From positions 29,814 to 93,813 of IMG/VR virus record IMGVR_UViG_3300023179_000053: DNA of 64,000 nt. One strand, given 5' to 3'. The stretch's first letter is position 1. The number at the start of each line of letters is the position of its first letter. Source of the DNA: a virus. Below are positions 63,999-64,000 of the stretch, one piece after another. The notes under the pieces were generated by a model. That model did not search any database. It saw only the letters and a program-made list of their open reading frames with translations, and was not told the DNA's origin. The position numbers were made by a program, and so were the translations under genes.

Positions 63999-64000
63999 AG

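Noticed and set aside
1-64000. Stop-codon reassignment
   Set aside because: Genes are full length and tightly packed under the standard code; TAA, TAG and TGA all serve as stops, and no suppressor tRNA is seen

Overview
This is a 64 kb internal segment of a large, AT-rich (by eye roughly one-third G+C) tailed dsDNA phage genome. Every supported gene is on the minus strand. Read in the direction of transcription (right to left), the window holds: (1) a siphovirus-type head-tail and tail module at 64000-37716, with connector genes, major tail protein, a frameshifted chaperone pair, a 4647-aa tape measure protein, duplicated distal-tail-like domains, a PA14/LamG tail-tip protein and a chaperone-tipped fibre; (2) a replication and recombination module at 37716-23050, with HNH nuclease, metallophosphoesterase, MerR-HTH, WhiB, DnaB, DnaG, SSB, HAD nucleotidase, DnaE, methyltransferases, RecA, Hjc-like nuclease, Cas4-like nuclease and RuvC; (3) a packaging and modification block at 23050-17249, with a YkgJ-type Cys protein, two glycosyltransferases and the terminase genes; (4) a ~450 bp non-coding gap; (5) ~17 kb of small accessory genes, including a second WhiB, a ParB-like protein, a GHKL ATPase-HExxH fusion, a lytic transglycosylase and tRNAs. 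Two WhiB genes and a short-variable-arm tRNA-Leu(UAA) suggest an actinobacterial host (inference). The most notable unexplained features are non-coding: a ~184-nt multi-stem RNA candidate with an anti-Shine-Dalgarno-like loop (13270-13453), a D-arm-less tRNA-like gene with a UAU loop (2339-2415), a degenerate tRNA-like gene (31663-31734), and four block-conserved 33-bp repeats between the terminase genes (20491-20634). All calls come from manual motif recognition; no searches were run.
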